IMG/VR virus record: IMGVR_UViG_3300044825_001064
Coordinates: 1,805-65,804 of that record
Source of the DNA: a virus
Lineage: Duplodnaviria > Caudoviricetes
Length of the DNA stretch: 64,000 bases
Reading direction: 5' to 3' (one strand)
Below the pieces are notes generated by a model that saw only the letters and a list, made by a program, of their open reading frames with translations, had not been told where the DNA came from and searched no databases. Positions 38,445 to 51,729 of this stretch are shown piece by piece. A program made the position numbers and the translations under genes. Numbering within the stretch: position 1 is the first letter of the stretch; the number at the start of each line of letters is the position of its first letter.

Positions 38445-38792
38445 TTAAATAATCTCTGGGGCTAATTTCCAGCTTAAACTTTCTTCATCCCAATAATAAG
38501 ATTGGCCATCATCGGGCTTGGGTGTTGGGGCTTCCCAACACCAGGTCGAATGATTTAATACCCAAGATGGAAAGGGTTGTTTTTCATAAAACACATCGTA
38601 TTCTTTGTCGTATATATACCCTATACCGGCGTAATTTCCACGTAAAGGGCGTCCTTCCGGATGCTGATTACCTTTGGTATTATACGATGTTTGAATCCAC
38701 TCAGCGGGATTTAAATTAGCTTTAATGAAATCCTCCTCAGCAACAATAACTTGCTGAACAATTCCATCGATTACTTGTGCAAAATGACTCAT
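38445..38792 (-). CDS. Tail fibre-associated protein (MSHFAQ...WIQTSYN...NYAGIG family)
   Basis: Typical partner of Gly-rich fibre genes; QPFPSW...WEAP.P.P...YYWDE. Confidence 0.75.
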   Translation of the reverse strand: MSHFAQVIDGIVQQVIVAEEDFIKANLNPAEWIQTSYNTKGNQHPEGRPLRGNYAGIGYIYDKEYDVFYEKQPFPSWVLNHSTWCWEAPTPKPDDGQSYYWDEESLSWKLAPEII

Positions 38793-39742
38793 GCTGTAAA
38801 TGTCCCAGAAGTAGTAAATGTGTGAATTGTGTTTCCGCCGACACTAGTTACTGTTCCGCCCGTAGCAACTTGCGGGCCGGGGTAGGAAATAATAACAATT
38901 CCTGAACCGCCATTACCAGCAGCCGGAGCGTCGTCACCACGCATAGAGCCGCCACCACCACCAGTGTTTGCAGTTCCAGAAGTTGGTGTTCCTCCTTGTG
39001 CTGCTCCGTTACCACCGCCGCCTGTTCCGCCAGTACCCGCACCACCTTGTGAAGTATCGCCTCCGCCTCCGCCACCACCGCCATAAGTTACAGAACTTCC
39101 TGAAGTGGAGTTTGCTAGTCCGTTACCGCCGTTTTTGCTGGTTGCTGCTGCCCCTGCGCCACCGCCACCGCCTGACGGATTAATACCTGGACCAAAACCA
39201 GCATTAGATTGCGGAGTTCCTGAAGAACCGCCATAACCACTAGCTGCAGTTGCGTTACCTTTTAATCCTTTACCAGCAGTTACAGAAAGGGCGGATGAGT
39301 CATTACCATCAACGCTTGTTCCAACAGTTGCTGAACCCGTACCACCAGCACCAACTGTAATTGTATAGGCTTGCCCAGAATTTACAAGGGTTGTGCCTGT
39401 TTGTAATCCACCACCACCGCCACCAGCACCGTAACAAACACCCGGTGTTCCTTTTGCACCTGATGCTCCACCAGCTACAATTAAATAGGTAACTGTGTAA
39501 TTAGTATTTATTTTTTCCCAGTACGAACCATTAAACATAAACATTGCACCAACGGTGCTATCGTACACCGTCATACCTGCAGTGCCGGTGAGGGCGTTAC
39601 GTTGGGTGGTAGTTACGCTTTTTACATACATACCGGCGGAGTTGACAGAGAAGCCTGTGACCCCACCACCTTGGACATCCAAGGTGCCTGAATTGTCATT
39701 AGTGAATGTTAAGCCGGTTCCGGCGTTAATTGTACTAGGCAT
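38789..39742 (-). CDS. Gly-rich adhesin with the shared N-terminal adaptor
   Basis: YLIVAGG, ANTGGGGG, GGSGIVII, IHTFTTSGTF. Confidence 0.8.
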   Translation of the reverse strand: MPSTINAGTGLTFTNDNSGTLDVQGGGVTGFSVNSAGMYVKSVTTTQRNALTGTAGMTVYDSTVGAMFMFNGSYWEKINTNYTVTYLIVAGGASGAKGTPGVCYGAGGGGGGLQTGTTLVNSGQAYTITVGAGGTGSATVGTSVDGNDSSALSVTAGKGLKGNATAASGYGGSSGTPQSNAGFGPGINPSGGGGGAGAAATSKNGGNGLANSTSGSSVTYGGGGGGGGDTSQGGAGTGGTGGGGNGAAQGGTPTSGTANTGGGGGSMRGDDAPAAGNGGSGIVIISYPGPQVATGGTVTSVGGNTIHTFTTSGTFTA

Positions 39743-39751
39743 TCCTTATTC

Positions 39752-40000
39752 CTATGGTAAAAATGATAGTGTTTCCCAATAGCCGTTTACGTAGCCCACA
39801 AACTGGTTTAGTGTGGTGTCAAATACAATCATGCCGGCGGTGCCGGTGAGGGCGTTACGCTGTGTAGTTGTGACGCTTTTCACAAACATGCCGTTGACGT
39901 TGACTGATACGCCAGTCACGCCGCCGCCCTGCAACGCCAACACGCCTGTGTCGTCGTTTGAGTATTGTATTCCGGTACCAGCGTTAATGATGCTTGGCAT
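39752..40000 (-). CDS. Adaptor-only protein (82 aa)
   Basis: Only the N-terminal module shared with the five neighbours. Confidence 0.75.
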   Translation of the reverse strand: MPSIINAGTGIQYSNDDTGVLALQGGGVTGVSVNVNGMFVKSVTTTQRNALTGTAGMIVFDTTLNQFVGYVNGYWETLSFLP

Positions 40001-40002
40001 TG

Positions 40003-41139
40003 TTAGCTTCCAAATCCTGCTGCAGCTGGATATCCTCTAGCAGTACCTACCCCTGTGGTGTCGGTGGCTACTACTCCGGTGTTACTGACCAAATTACTAA
40101 TGTTGGTCGACACGTCTGAATCCGTATTGTCGCCGTAAGCAAATATAGCCTTGTCTGTGTCATAACCAGCAGCTGCTAAACCAGTTCTGGCGGTGCCAAC
40201 ACCTGCGGTGTCGGTAGCTACTACACCGGTGTTGCTTACTAAATTAGTTAAAGATAGCTGTCCGCCAAAATCATAGCCATAGCCAAATATGGCCTTATCC
40301 GATCCGTATTTAGCCGCGGCTAAAGCAGTTCTGGCGGTGCCAACACCTGTGGTATTGGCGGCTACTACACCGGTGTTACTGACCAAGTTAGTAGTGCTAA
40401 AAAGTGAAGTGGTGTTGCCGTACCCAAATATGGCTTTGTCTGTGCCATAAGTGGCAGCAGCTAGTTGTTGCCTAGCGCTGCCAACTCCCGCGGTGTCGGT
40501 GGCTACAACACCGGCGTTGCTGACCAAGTTAGTAATCGCGGTATTTGAAGTACTAACGCCAAACCCAAATATTGCTTTATCCGTGCCGTAGCCTGCCGCA
40601 GCTAAAGCTCTTCTAGTTGTGCCAACTCCAGTGGTATCAGTTGCCACAACACCGGCATTTGAAACCAAATTGGTTATTGCCGTGTTTGATGCGCTACTAC
40701 CTGATGCGGTATTGCCATACCCAAATATAGCCTTGTCTGTGCCATAACTGGCAGCTGCTAAACCATATCTAGCAGTTCCAACACCTGTTGTATCGGTAGC
40801 TACAACACCGGAATTTGATACTAAATTTGTTATAGAAATATTGCTACCACCTGTTAAAATTTTTCCATATCCAAAAATAGCACGTTGGTTTGGTACCGCA
40901 CTGGTGCTCACCGGCGCCCAGTTTGAATTGACGTAAACATACAGCTGGTTGGCGGTGGTGTCGTACACCATCATGCCGTTGATAGCAGTTAGGGCGGTAC
41001 GTTGTGTGGTGGTAACGCTTTTGACATACATGCCGCTTGAATTAATGGCGGCACCAGTGACACCTTGGCCTTGCAACTCAAGCAAACCAGAATTATCAGC
41101 TGATTGTATGATGCCTTTTGCGGCGTTAATGATTGCCAT
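40003..41139 (-). CDS. Six-repeat beta-propeller adhesin, paralog 4
   Basis: Adaptor plus 6x KAIFGYG..TNLVSNTGVVATDTTGVGTARxxLAAA. Confidence 0.85.
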   Translation of the reverse strand: MAIINAAKGIIQSADNSGLLELQGQGVTGAAINSSGMYVKSVTTTQRTALTAINGMMVYDTTANQLYVYVNSNWAPVSTSAVPNQRAIFGYGKILTGGSNISITNLVSNSGVVATDTTGVGTARYGLAAASYGTDKAIFGYGNTASGSSASNTAITNLVSNAGVVATDTTGVGTTRRALAAAGYGTDKAIFGFGVSTSNTAITNLVSNAGVVATDTAGVGSARQQLAAATYGTDKAIFGYGNTTSLFSTTNLVSNTGVVAANTTGVGTARTALAAAKYGSDKAIFGYGYDFGGQLSLTNLVSNTGVVATDTAGVGTARTGLAAAGYDTDKAIFAYGDNTDSDVSTNISNLVSNTGVVATDTTGVGTARGYPAAAGFGS

Positions 41140-41162
41140 TACTTAATTCCTTAATATTGACT

Positions 41163-42281
41163 TTACGCAAATGATGTTGCGGCTAATTCTTGTCGGCCTT
41201 GCCCCACACCCGTTACATCAGTACCTACAACTCCTGTGTTTGACACTAAGTTTGTTATGGATAAATTAGAACCGCCGTATCCAAAAATACCTTTATCGGA
41301 TCCATATGTGCAAGCCGCTAAATACTGTCTTGCTGTTCCAACACCCGTTGTATCGGTTGCCACTACGCCTGTATTAGATACTAAATTGGTTAGACTTGAT
41401 GCTGAAGCGGCAAAACCATACCCAAATATTCCTTTATCGTTTCCGTATCCGCAAGCAGCTAATCTTCTTCTTGCAGTGCCAACACCAGTAGTATCGGTCG
41501 CAACCACGCCAGTATTAGAGACTAAATTAGTCATTGATACTTGAGTGGTCGTGTATCCATATCCAAAAAGTGCTTTGTCGCCGCCATAACTTGTGGCAGC
41601 TAATTCGTATCGTGCTGTCCCTACTCCGGTTGTATCGGAAGCCATGACACCGGCGTTTGAAAATAAGTTACTAATACTGACTCGAGTGGAATTTGAGTCT
41701 GTTGTAGAACCATATCCAAAAATTGCTTTGTCACCGCCATATCCAGCGCCAGCTAATTTTAATCTAACTGTGGCTGTAGTTGACGAATCGGTGGATACAA
41801 CTCCGGTGTTTGATACTAAATTGATAATCGAATAAATTGTGGAACCAACTTGACCAAATGCAAAAACCCCTTTATCTCCGCCGTATGTTGAAGCAGCTAA
41901 CGAATTTCGTGCGGTACCAACACCAGTGGTGTCGGTTGCTACAACGCCTGTGGTCGATACTAAATTTGTTACTGAGTATCGAATAGATGTTCCGTTAAAT
42001 CCGTAACCAAAAATACCGCGCGTATTAAACGCGCCAGATGTTGCTGTGTCAAATTGTTTCCACTCACTATTGTTGTAACCAAACAAACCAGGTACGGTGG
42101 TGTCATACACTACCATTCCGGTGGTGGGGGTTAATGCCAATCTCTGCGTGGTGGTGACACTTTTAACATACATACCATTCGGATTAACCGCCACGCCAGT
42201 GACGCCCGCACCTTGCAACTCCAGCGTACCAGAGTTGTCCGATATTTGTAGCAGTCCGTCGGTTGCGTTAATTGATGCCAT
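41163..42281 (-). CDS. Six-repeat beta-propeller adhesin, paralog 3
   Basis: Same architecture as paralog 4. Confidence 0.85.
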   Translation of the reverse strand: MASINATDGLLQISDNSGTLELQGAGVTGVAVNPNGMYVKSVTTTQRLALTPTTGMVVYDTTVPGLFGYNNSEWKQFDTATSGAFNTRGIFGYGFNGTSIRYSVTNLVSTTGVVATDTTGVGTARNSLAASTYGGDKGVFAFGQVGSTIYSIINLVSNTGVVSTDSSTTATVRLKLAGAGYGGDKAIFGYGSTTDSNSTRVSISNLFSNAGVMASDTTGVGTARYELAATSYGGDKALFGYGYTTTQVSMTNLVSNTGVVATDTTGVGTARRRLAACGYGNDKGIFGYGFAASASSLTNLVSNTGVVATDTTGVGTARQYLAACTYGSDKGIFGYGGSNLSITNLVSNTGVVGTDVTGVGQGRQELAATSFA

Positions 42282-42283
42282 TG

Positions 42284-43402
42284 TTAGGATCCATATGTGG
42301 ATGCTGCTAATTCAATTCTAGCTGTTCCAACTCCGGTTGTGTCTGTTGCAACAACACCGGTATTTGATACTAAGTTTGAAAGAGAGCTATTTGCGCCTGT
42401 TGTTCCATATCCAAAAATGGCCCTATCAACATTATAAGATGTTGCCGCTAAAGAGTTCCTAGCAGACCCAACTCCCGCCGTATCTGTTGCCACTACTCCG
42501 GTATTTGATACTAAATTGGTAATTGCTGTTCTAGCTGCTCCGGTCCACCCAAATCCAAAAATTGCTTTATCACCACCGTAACTTGCAGCGGCAAGCGATC
42601 TTCTTGCCGTGCCAACGCCTGTGGTGTCCGTTGCAACCACCCCAGCATTAGATACTAAATTAGTTATTGAAACAACAGCTGATGCGTTGTCTAATCCATA
42701 ACCAAAAATAGCTTTGTCGCTGCCGTAACTTGCTGCTGCTAATAATTGTCTTGTTGTTCCGACACCCGCTGTATCAGTTGCGACAACACCGGTATTTGAT
42801 ACTAAATTAGTCACTGCAGTATTTGTACCTGTTGTGCCGTACCCAAAAATAGCTTTATCATTGCCATAACTTGCAGATGCTAAACCGTATCTTGCGGTTC
42901 CTACCCCGGTGGTATTTGCAGCTACAGTGCCTGTATTTGATACTAAGTTGGTTAGGGAAAAAATATTTCCCGCATCCACGCCATACCCAAAAATGCCTTT
43001 ATCTGTACTATAACCGGCCGCTGCTAATAGCGATCTAGCTGTTCCAACACCTGCTGTGTCGGTAGCTACAACTCCTGTTGTTGATACTAAATTTGTAACA
43101 TTTTGATAAGTCCCACCAACAGCTCCGTATCCAAAAATTCCACGTTTTACAGGACGCGTGTCAACCGACGTAATTTGTCGCCAGGCGTTATTTATATAAG
43201 TTACAAACTTACCTAACGTGGTGTTGTAAATAATCATGCCAACGGTTGGGGTAAGGGCTGCTATCTGTGCAGAGGTTAAGCTCTTCACGTACATGCCGTT
43301 TACGTTGACCGAAAAACCAGTTACGCCTTCACCCTGCACATCCAATGTGCCGGAGTTATCTCCAGTATTAATAATACCGATGTTGGCGTTAATGGATGCC
43401 AT
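42284..43402 (-). CDS. Six-repeat beta-propeller adhesin, paralog 2
   Basis: Same architecture as paralog 4. Confidence 0.85.
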   Translation of the reverse strand: MASINANIGIINTGDNSGTLDVQGEGVTGFSVNVNGMYVKSLTSAQIAALTPTVGMIIYNTTLGKFVTYINNAWRQITSVDTRPVKRGIFGYGAVGGTYQNVTNLVSTTGVVATDTAGVGTARSLLAAAGYSTDKGIFGYGVDAGNIFSLTNLVSNTGTVAANTTGVGTARYGLASASYGNDKAIFGYGTTGTNTAVTNLVSNTGVVATDTAGVGTTRQLLAAASYGSDKAIFGYGLDNASAVVSITNLVSNAGVVATDTTGVGTARRSLAAASYGGDKAIFGFGWTGAARTAITNLVSNTGVVATDTAGVGSARNSLAATSYNVDRAIFGYGTTGANSSLSNLVSNTGVVATDTTGVGTARIELAASTYGS

Positions 43403-43405
43403 TGA

Positions 43406-44533
43406 TTATATTCCGAAATTTCCTGCAGCTAAATAGTATCTTGCTGTTCCTACGCCAGTTGTATCATTAGCTACCACACCAGTATTTGACACTAAATTGG
43501 TTGTAGATACTCTACCGCCGGCAGTGGTGTCAATTGAGCCGTATCCAAAAATTGCTTTATCACTTCCATAAGTTGAAGCGGCTATGCCATTTCGAGCTGA
43601 CCCTACACCCGTTGTATCGGTTGCAACAACTCCTGCGTTTGATACTAAATTAGTTGTTGCTGTAACGGAACCTGTATTTCCATATCCAAATATAGCTTTG
43701 TCCGTGCCATAACCTGCGGCACCAAGTGCATTTCTGGCGGTTCCTACAGCTGCAGTGTCAGTTGCAATTACTCCGGTGTTTGACACTAAATTAGTAACCC
43801 CAGTTCGCGTTCCCCCGTTATTACCAAATCCAAATAGTGCTTTGTCATTTCCGTAAGGGGCAGCGGCAAGATTTGCTCTTGTTGTACCAACGCCGGTTGT
43901 ATCTGTGGAAACAACGCCCGTATTGGATACTAGATTTGATATTGCAGTAGCAGTTCCAGCAATATTACCGTATCCAAAAATAGCTTTGTCTGTACTGTAT
44001 CTAGTTGCCGCTAAATTACTTCTGGCAGTTCCCACTCCTGTTGTATCAGTTGCCACAACACCTGTGTTGGATACTAAATTAGTAATTGCCGTATCAGAGC
44101 CTGAATTTCCGTATCCAAAAATTGCTTTATCTGTTCCGTAAGAAGCGCAAGCTAAATATGCTCTGGCAGTTCCGACACCAGTTGTATCTGTTGCAACAAC
44201 GCCGGTACTTGATACCAAATTAGTTAACGATACATAAGTTGTTCCGCTTGTAGTAGCGCCATAACCAAATATAGCACGTTGGTTTCTTGCGTCAGTCGAC
44301 GTCATTTGTACCCATGCGCCGTTAGCATATACGCACATTTTAGACAATGTGGTATTAAACACAATCATGCCGTTCACGCCAGTTAGCGCGAACATTTCAG
44401 CGGATGTGACACTCTTAAAATACAAACCATTAACGTTGACAGAGCCTGCAGTAACACCGCCGCCTTGTAGGTTGACGGTGCCTGAATTATCTCCTGTGTT
44501 TACTAATCCGGTACCTGCGTTAATTGATGCCAT
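43406..44533 (-). CDS. Six-repeat beta-propeller adhesin, paralog 1
   Basis: Same architecture as paralog 4. Confidence 0.85.
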   Translation of the reverse strand: MASINAGTGLVNTGDNSGTVNLQGGGVTAGSVNVNGLYFKSVTSAEMFALTGVNGMIVFNTTLSKMCVYANGAWVQMTSTDARNQRAIFGYGATTSGTTYVSLTNLVSSTGVVATDTTGVGTARAYLACASYGTDKAIFGYGNSGSDTAITNLVSNTGVVATDTTGVGTARSNLAATRYSTDKAIFGYGNIAGTATAISNLVSNTGVVSTDTTGVGTTRANLAAAPYGNDKALFGFGNNGGTRTGVTNLVSNTGVIATDTAAVGTARNALGAAGYGTDKAIFGYGNTGSVTATTNLVSNAGVVATDTTGVGSARNGIAASTYGSDKAIFGYGSIDTTAGGRVSTTNLVSNTGVVANDTTGVGTARYYLAAGNFGI

Positions 44534-44558
44534 TATAGTTTCCTAAGATACCTGTTTA

Positions 44559-48203
<3,645 letters not shown>

Positions 48204-48218
48204 TATTGTCTCTTTAAA

Positions 48219-48566
48219 TTATTGTTTAATGTCGCCAGATTCGCCATGAACAGGTGGTTGTCCATCAATAAATAAACTATCGTATTGTGTTTGTTCGTTC
48301 GGATTACCTTCGGTAACAACTTGTTGTCCACCAATAGGTCCGATTGCGATATTTTGGTCTGGGCGAGGAAATCGAAGTGCAATATTTTCTGTTTGACGCG
48401 CAGGCAAACGCCATGGGTCAAAATTATCTAAGTCTGCCTTGCATACTCTCATGCCAGGGAAGTTTGGATCTGGCATGAGTTCGGTGTACGCAAATTTCCT
48501 GTTGCAGCGATCACAAATCGCTACAGACAGGACGCTATTACCTCTTGTATCGAGGTAAACGGGCAT
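48219..48566 (-). CDS. Conserved CxxC protein (AICDRC...GMRVC...RFPRPD)
   Basis: Family commonly found downstream of the capsid genes in this phage type. Confidence 0.75.
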   Translation of the reverse strand: MPVYLDTRGNSVLSVAICDRCNRKFAYTELMPDPNFPGMRVCKADLDNFDPWRLPARQTENIALRFPRPDQNIAIGPIGGQQVVTEGNPNEQTQYDSLFIDGQPPVHGESGDIKQ

Positions 48567-48868
48567 TACTTAACTCCGGATTGAATTACAGTAAGTGTGT
48601 CGCCTTCTGCTGCGCCAGACAAACGAATAGCACGATAGGGTTGTGCTAAAAATGTTGCAGTGTTTGGTGCAGTATTAGGTGCTGTAATCCAAGTATAGGT
48701 TGCCTCTACATAGTTACCGTTTGAAATAGGGTATGGGTCTGTTGCTGTTACTTGTACAGTACCAGAACCAGTTTTTGAATAGGTAACTTGGAAAGGGGTT
48801 AGATATTGGTCTAACACAACCGGAGTAGTTACTCCAGAGCTGTTAGCCGTTACTGTTACTTGTCTCAT
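48566..48868 (-). CDS. Small beta-rich virion protein
   Basis: SD GGAG; P.RAIRL...LTVIQSG end. Confidence 0.7.
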   Translation of the reverse strand: MRQVTVTANSSGVTTPVVLDQYLTPFQVTYSKTGSGTVQVTATDPYPISNGNYVEATYTWITAPNTAPNTATFLAQPYRAIRLSGAAEGDTLTVIQSGVK

Positions 48869-48888
48869 TTATTAATCTCCAAATAGTT

Positions 48889-48910
48889 AAACTGGGGGCC
48901 GAAGCCCCGA
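48889..48910 (-). terminator. Terminator-like hairpin GGGGC-TTCG-GCCCC
   Basis: cUUCGg tetraloop after the 48919 gene. Confidence 0.65.
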
Positions 48911-48918
48911 GAGATTAA

Positions 48919-49356
48919 TTAAGCAGCGGCGTTGAGAGTTGCCTCGGCAGCAGCCCAAGCGGCAGCAGGATTGCCATTGCCGGCCCACTGTGTTAAAGTA
49001 CCAGCAGCAAGGTCAACACCAGTAGCAGATTGGTTAACTGGTTGGTATACACCAGTGCTAACTTCGTAACCAGCTAAAGTGTGAACAACAGCGCCGTAGT
49101 TCAATACAGCACCGCGCACGCCTGCGTAACGAGTATCGGCATTTAAAATGTTAAACGCTTGACCATCAGTAGTTTGTACTTGTGGGAGGGTTAAAACTAC
49201 TGGAGCAGCGGGACCGCCGTCAGCAGCAGAGAGGATAATTACAGTTGCGCCAGCGTCGATAGCGATTGGTGATGTGTCAGCAGCGGTAATATATACCAAT
49301 GGGGTTGCAAAACCGTTAAGCGATCTGACTGGGCCGGTAAAAGTAGTAAAAGACAT
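48919..49356 (-). CDS. Putative capsid decoration protein
   Basis: TTFTGPVRS.NGF N-terminus; own promoter and terminator; follows MCP. Confidence 0.7.
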   Translation of the reverse strand: MSFTTFTGPVRSLNGFATPLVYITAADTSPIAIDAGATVIILSAADGGPAAPVVLTLPQVQTTDGQAFNILNADTRYAGVRGAVLNYGAVVHTLAGYEVSTGVYQPVNQSATGVDLAAGTLTQWAGNGNPAAAWAAAEATLNAAA

Positions 49357-49452
49357 GTTTTGTTCCTTATCTCAGTGGATATCCCAAGCCGTCTCTGAGT
49401 CGTCTACCGGGAAGTGGCGGTAGTCTGAATGGGATGATTCTTCCTTATTTTA

Positions 49453-49482
49453 ACTAATACGCAAAAACCATAAAATACGCCC
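49453..49482 (-). promoter_or_regulatory. Late-class phage promoter
   Basis: ACTAATACGC 49453-49462, N16, GCCC 49479-49482. Confidence 0.85.
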
Positions 49483-49490
49483 CATAAAGT

Positions 49491-49518
49491 AAAAAAGCCA
49501 CCCTTGTGGGGTGGCTTT
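49491..49518 (-). terminator. Intrinsic terminator after MCP
   Basis: AAAGCCACCC-CACAA-GGGTGGCTTTTTT on the minus strand. Confidence 0.85.
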
Positions 49519-49535
49519 GTGCTACTTTGGGCTTA

Positions 49536-50453
49536 TTAAACGCCTGCGGTACCGTAAATGTTACGCGCATCGTGCCAGCCGGTCGCATAACGCTCGGTGG
49601 CCTTGTAACGCATAGAATCGGTCTCGAAATCGCCTTCCATGGATTTCTCCATTGGACGACGCATAACAAGCATTAGACCATTCTCAGCATCGGTCTGTAC
49701 CCACCATGCCTTGGTAGAGCTCAAACGGGTTACAACGTGTGCACCCTTTGGCAACATACCAGTGGACTTGATTGGGTTCAAATCGTTGTCGGCAGTTCCG
49801 GAACGGAGAACCGACTTGAGAATAACTTCAGCTTGGAACTCGAGTGCAGGAGGAACAATAAGTTGCTCAGCCTTCAAGCGAATACGCTTACCGTTGTTGT
49901 CGATTGCAGAACGAATCTGAATCAAAATCTGCTCAACAGAAGTCTGTGAGAGAGCGGCAGGAGTAGTCAAAACGTTGCTGTAGGTTAGACCGTTTGCAAC
50001 AGGGTGAGCACTGTTACTTAACGTTACGCCGTCACCACCAACATAGCCGGGGGTAAATGCGAAGTTGAGTAAGTTTGCGCACAATGTTTCTTTGGTTTCA
50101 ATCATGGATTGAGCCAAATGTTTTGCAAAGGTGCTACCGATACGGATGTGATCACCGTCTTCCATCAACACTTTGGTTAAAGCATATGCTAAACCATAGA
50201 TTTGATAGATGAAACGGGTGATGTACAGAGTACCGCCCTGATCATAGCTGACAGGAGTTCCGTCAGGCATGGCAGGAGCTGCATTCATACCGTACAGCAT
50301 TACTTCTTCATGATAGTTGCGTGGAATACCTTGGATCTGCTCTACAAATCCTTTCCACTCGTCGGCGCGTTGCTCATAAACGCCATCAAAGACTTCGTTG
50401 ATAATCGGTTCGACTACCGCACGAAAGTCTGTACTACGCATTGGGGTTGCCAT
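49536..50453 (-). CDS. Major capsid protein (HK97 fold)
   Basis: LAQSM.ETKE...GGDGV.L....HP; LIVPPALEF.A..IL.S; GDFET.SMRYKATERY. Confidence 0.9.
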   Translation of the reverse strand: MATPMRSTDFRAVVEPIINEVFDGVYEQRADEWKGFVEQIQGIPRNYHEEVMLYGMNAAPAMPDGTPVSYDQGGTLYITRFIYQIYGLAYALTKVLMEDGDHIRIGSTFAKHLAQSMIETKETLCANLLNFAFTPGYVGGDGVTLSNSAHPVANGLTYSNVLTTPAALSQTSVEQILIQIRSAIDNNGKRIRLKAEQLIVPPALEFQAEVILKSVLRSGTADNDLNPIKSTGMLPKGAHVVTRLSSTKAWWVQTDAENGLMLVMRRPMEKSMEGDFETDSMRYKATERYATGWHDARNIYGTAGV

Positions 50454-50476
50454 TGCTTATTCCTTTCTTTCGTTAA

Positions 50477-51133
50477 TTAGATCGAGACCTTAGGCGCAAC
50501 AAAGCTATTGTTGGCGATCTTGACTTGAACAATCGTGTAAGCATCGCCCCAGGCGTTCGTCTCGCCAGGAGGATATGCAGCTTCACGGCCTAAACCGACT
50601 ACACGTACTTGACCTTGTGAACCGTTAGCAACGGCAGTAGAGGCTAAAGCACATGTTGAGAAACCAGCACCGCCAACACCGATGGAATAACCATCAGCAG
50701 TGGTGTAACCAGTTGCGCCGGAGAAATTGTACTGTTGGCCGATAGAACCGGTACCAGCAGAACCATTTACTTGAGCTTCGTATACCAACTCAGGATCAGA
50801 GAAGATCCAGAAAATGATATCGGTGGATGCGTCTAAAGTGGTTTTAGCAGCATACTTAGCTACAGAACGGCGACCTTGTGAGTCGGTGAACTCTACGCCA
50901 TCAAATACACCAAACACGGGAGTCGTGTCTGCTGCAGCGATGGTTAATTGGTTAGAAGCAGTTAGTGCTACGGGCTGATACTGGTAAAAAGACTGACCAG
51001 AGCTCAACGAGTACGGAGCGCTATATGCACCACCGGTGACAAAGCTGTTCGTGCCCACGAATGGGGTAGCACGATCCAAGCCACTTGGATGGTATGCAGG
51101 CTTCAAACCAAAGGGTTTAAATGTTGCGGACAT
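50477..51133 (-). CDS. Minor capsid / head structural protein
   Basis: PFGLKP, GVF.GVEFTD, DP.LVYEAQ; immediately upstream of MCP. Confidence 0.7.
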   Translation of the reverse strand: MSATFKPFGLKPAYHPSGLDRATPFVGTNSFVTGGAYSAPYSLSSGQSFYQYQPVALTASNQLTIAAADTTPVFGVFDGVEFTDSQGRRSVAKYAAKTTLDASTDIIFWIFSDPELVYEAQVNGSAGTGSIGQQYNFSGATGYTTADGYSIGVGGAGFSTCALASTAVANGSQGQVRVVGLGREAAYPPGETNAWGDAYTIVQVKIANNSFVAPKVSI

Positions 51134-51166
51134 TTATGTTTTCCTTTGTTGTTATTTTGAAGAATG

Positions 51167-51724
51167 TTAACTAAAGCGCACGTTTGGATTGTTTGCTTTA
51201 GCGGCCTCTTTTTCCATTTCCAAAACTCCACCTTCCAGGATTGATCTACCACCTTTGCCATCCTGAGCAGTGCTCCGAACTTGCGCGGTAATATTTCGTT
51301 GATGATCTAGCGGATCCTCTAAGTGCATCATACGCATCACTTCCTGATAGATTTCTTCTGGTAACTTGAAGAGAACCATTTCGTTACAGCTAACACAGCC
51401 TTCAAACTTGCCCGAGCTCATTTTACCTAGCGATTCAAAGCCTTTTCCTAATTCTGCGGCTTTCACTGGTTCATAACCCAACGCCATGCGTTTGTCGATA
51501 CTGTCATAATTATTTGTGGTGGATAACCAACACAAATGAAACCCCGGGATTGTGCCCTGAGGTATGTCAGGTAAGGCACTATTCTGCCACCTGTCACGGA
51601 ACGCCTCTGCACGTTCCCGGCGTGATTTTGCTTCCGGATCCATCTCTGCCATCCGGTCTTTAACTTCTTCGACTCGATCTAATAAACGATCATCTAAGTC
51701 GCGTTTGATTCTTGTATTTGCCAT
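51167..51724 (-). CDS. Conserved head-morphogenesis hypothetical protein
   Basis: LPD.P..PG.HLCWLST...GYEPV...L.KLPEE. Confidence 0.7.
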   Translation of the reverse strand: MANTRIKRDLDDRLLDRVEEVKDRMAEMDPEAKSRRERAEAFRDRWQNSALPDIPQGTIPGFHLCWLSTTNNYDSIDKRMALGYEPVKAAELGKGFESLGKMSSGKFEGCVSCNEMVLFKLPEEIYQEVMRMMHLEDPLDHQRNITAQVRSTAQDGKGGRSILEGGVLEMEKEAAKANNPNVRFS

Positions 51725-51729
51725 GATAA

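Noticed and set aside
38789-44533. Diversity-generating retroelement or shufflon behind the adhesin repeats
   Set aside because: No reverse transcriptase or invertase in the window; repeats differ at all bases and by indels, not only at adenines
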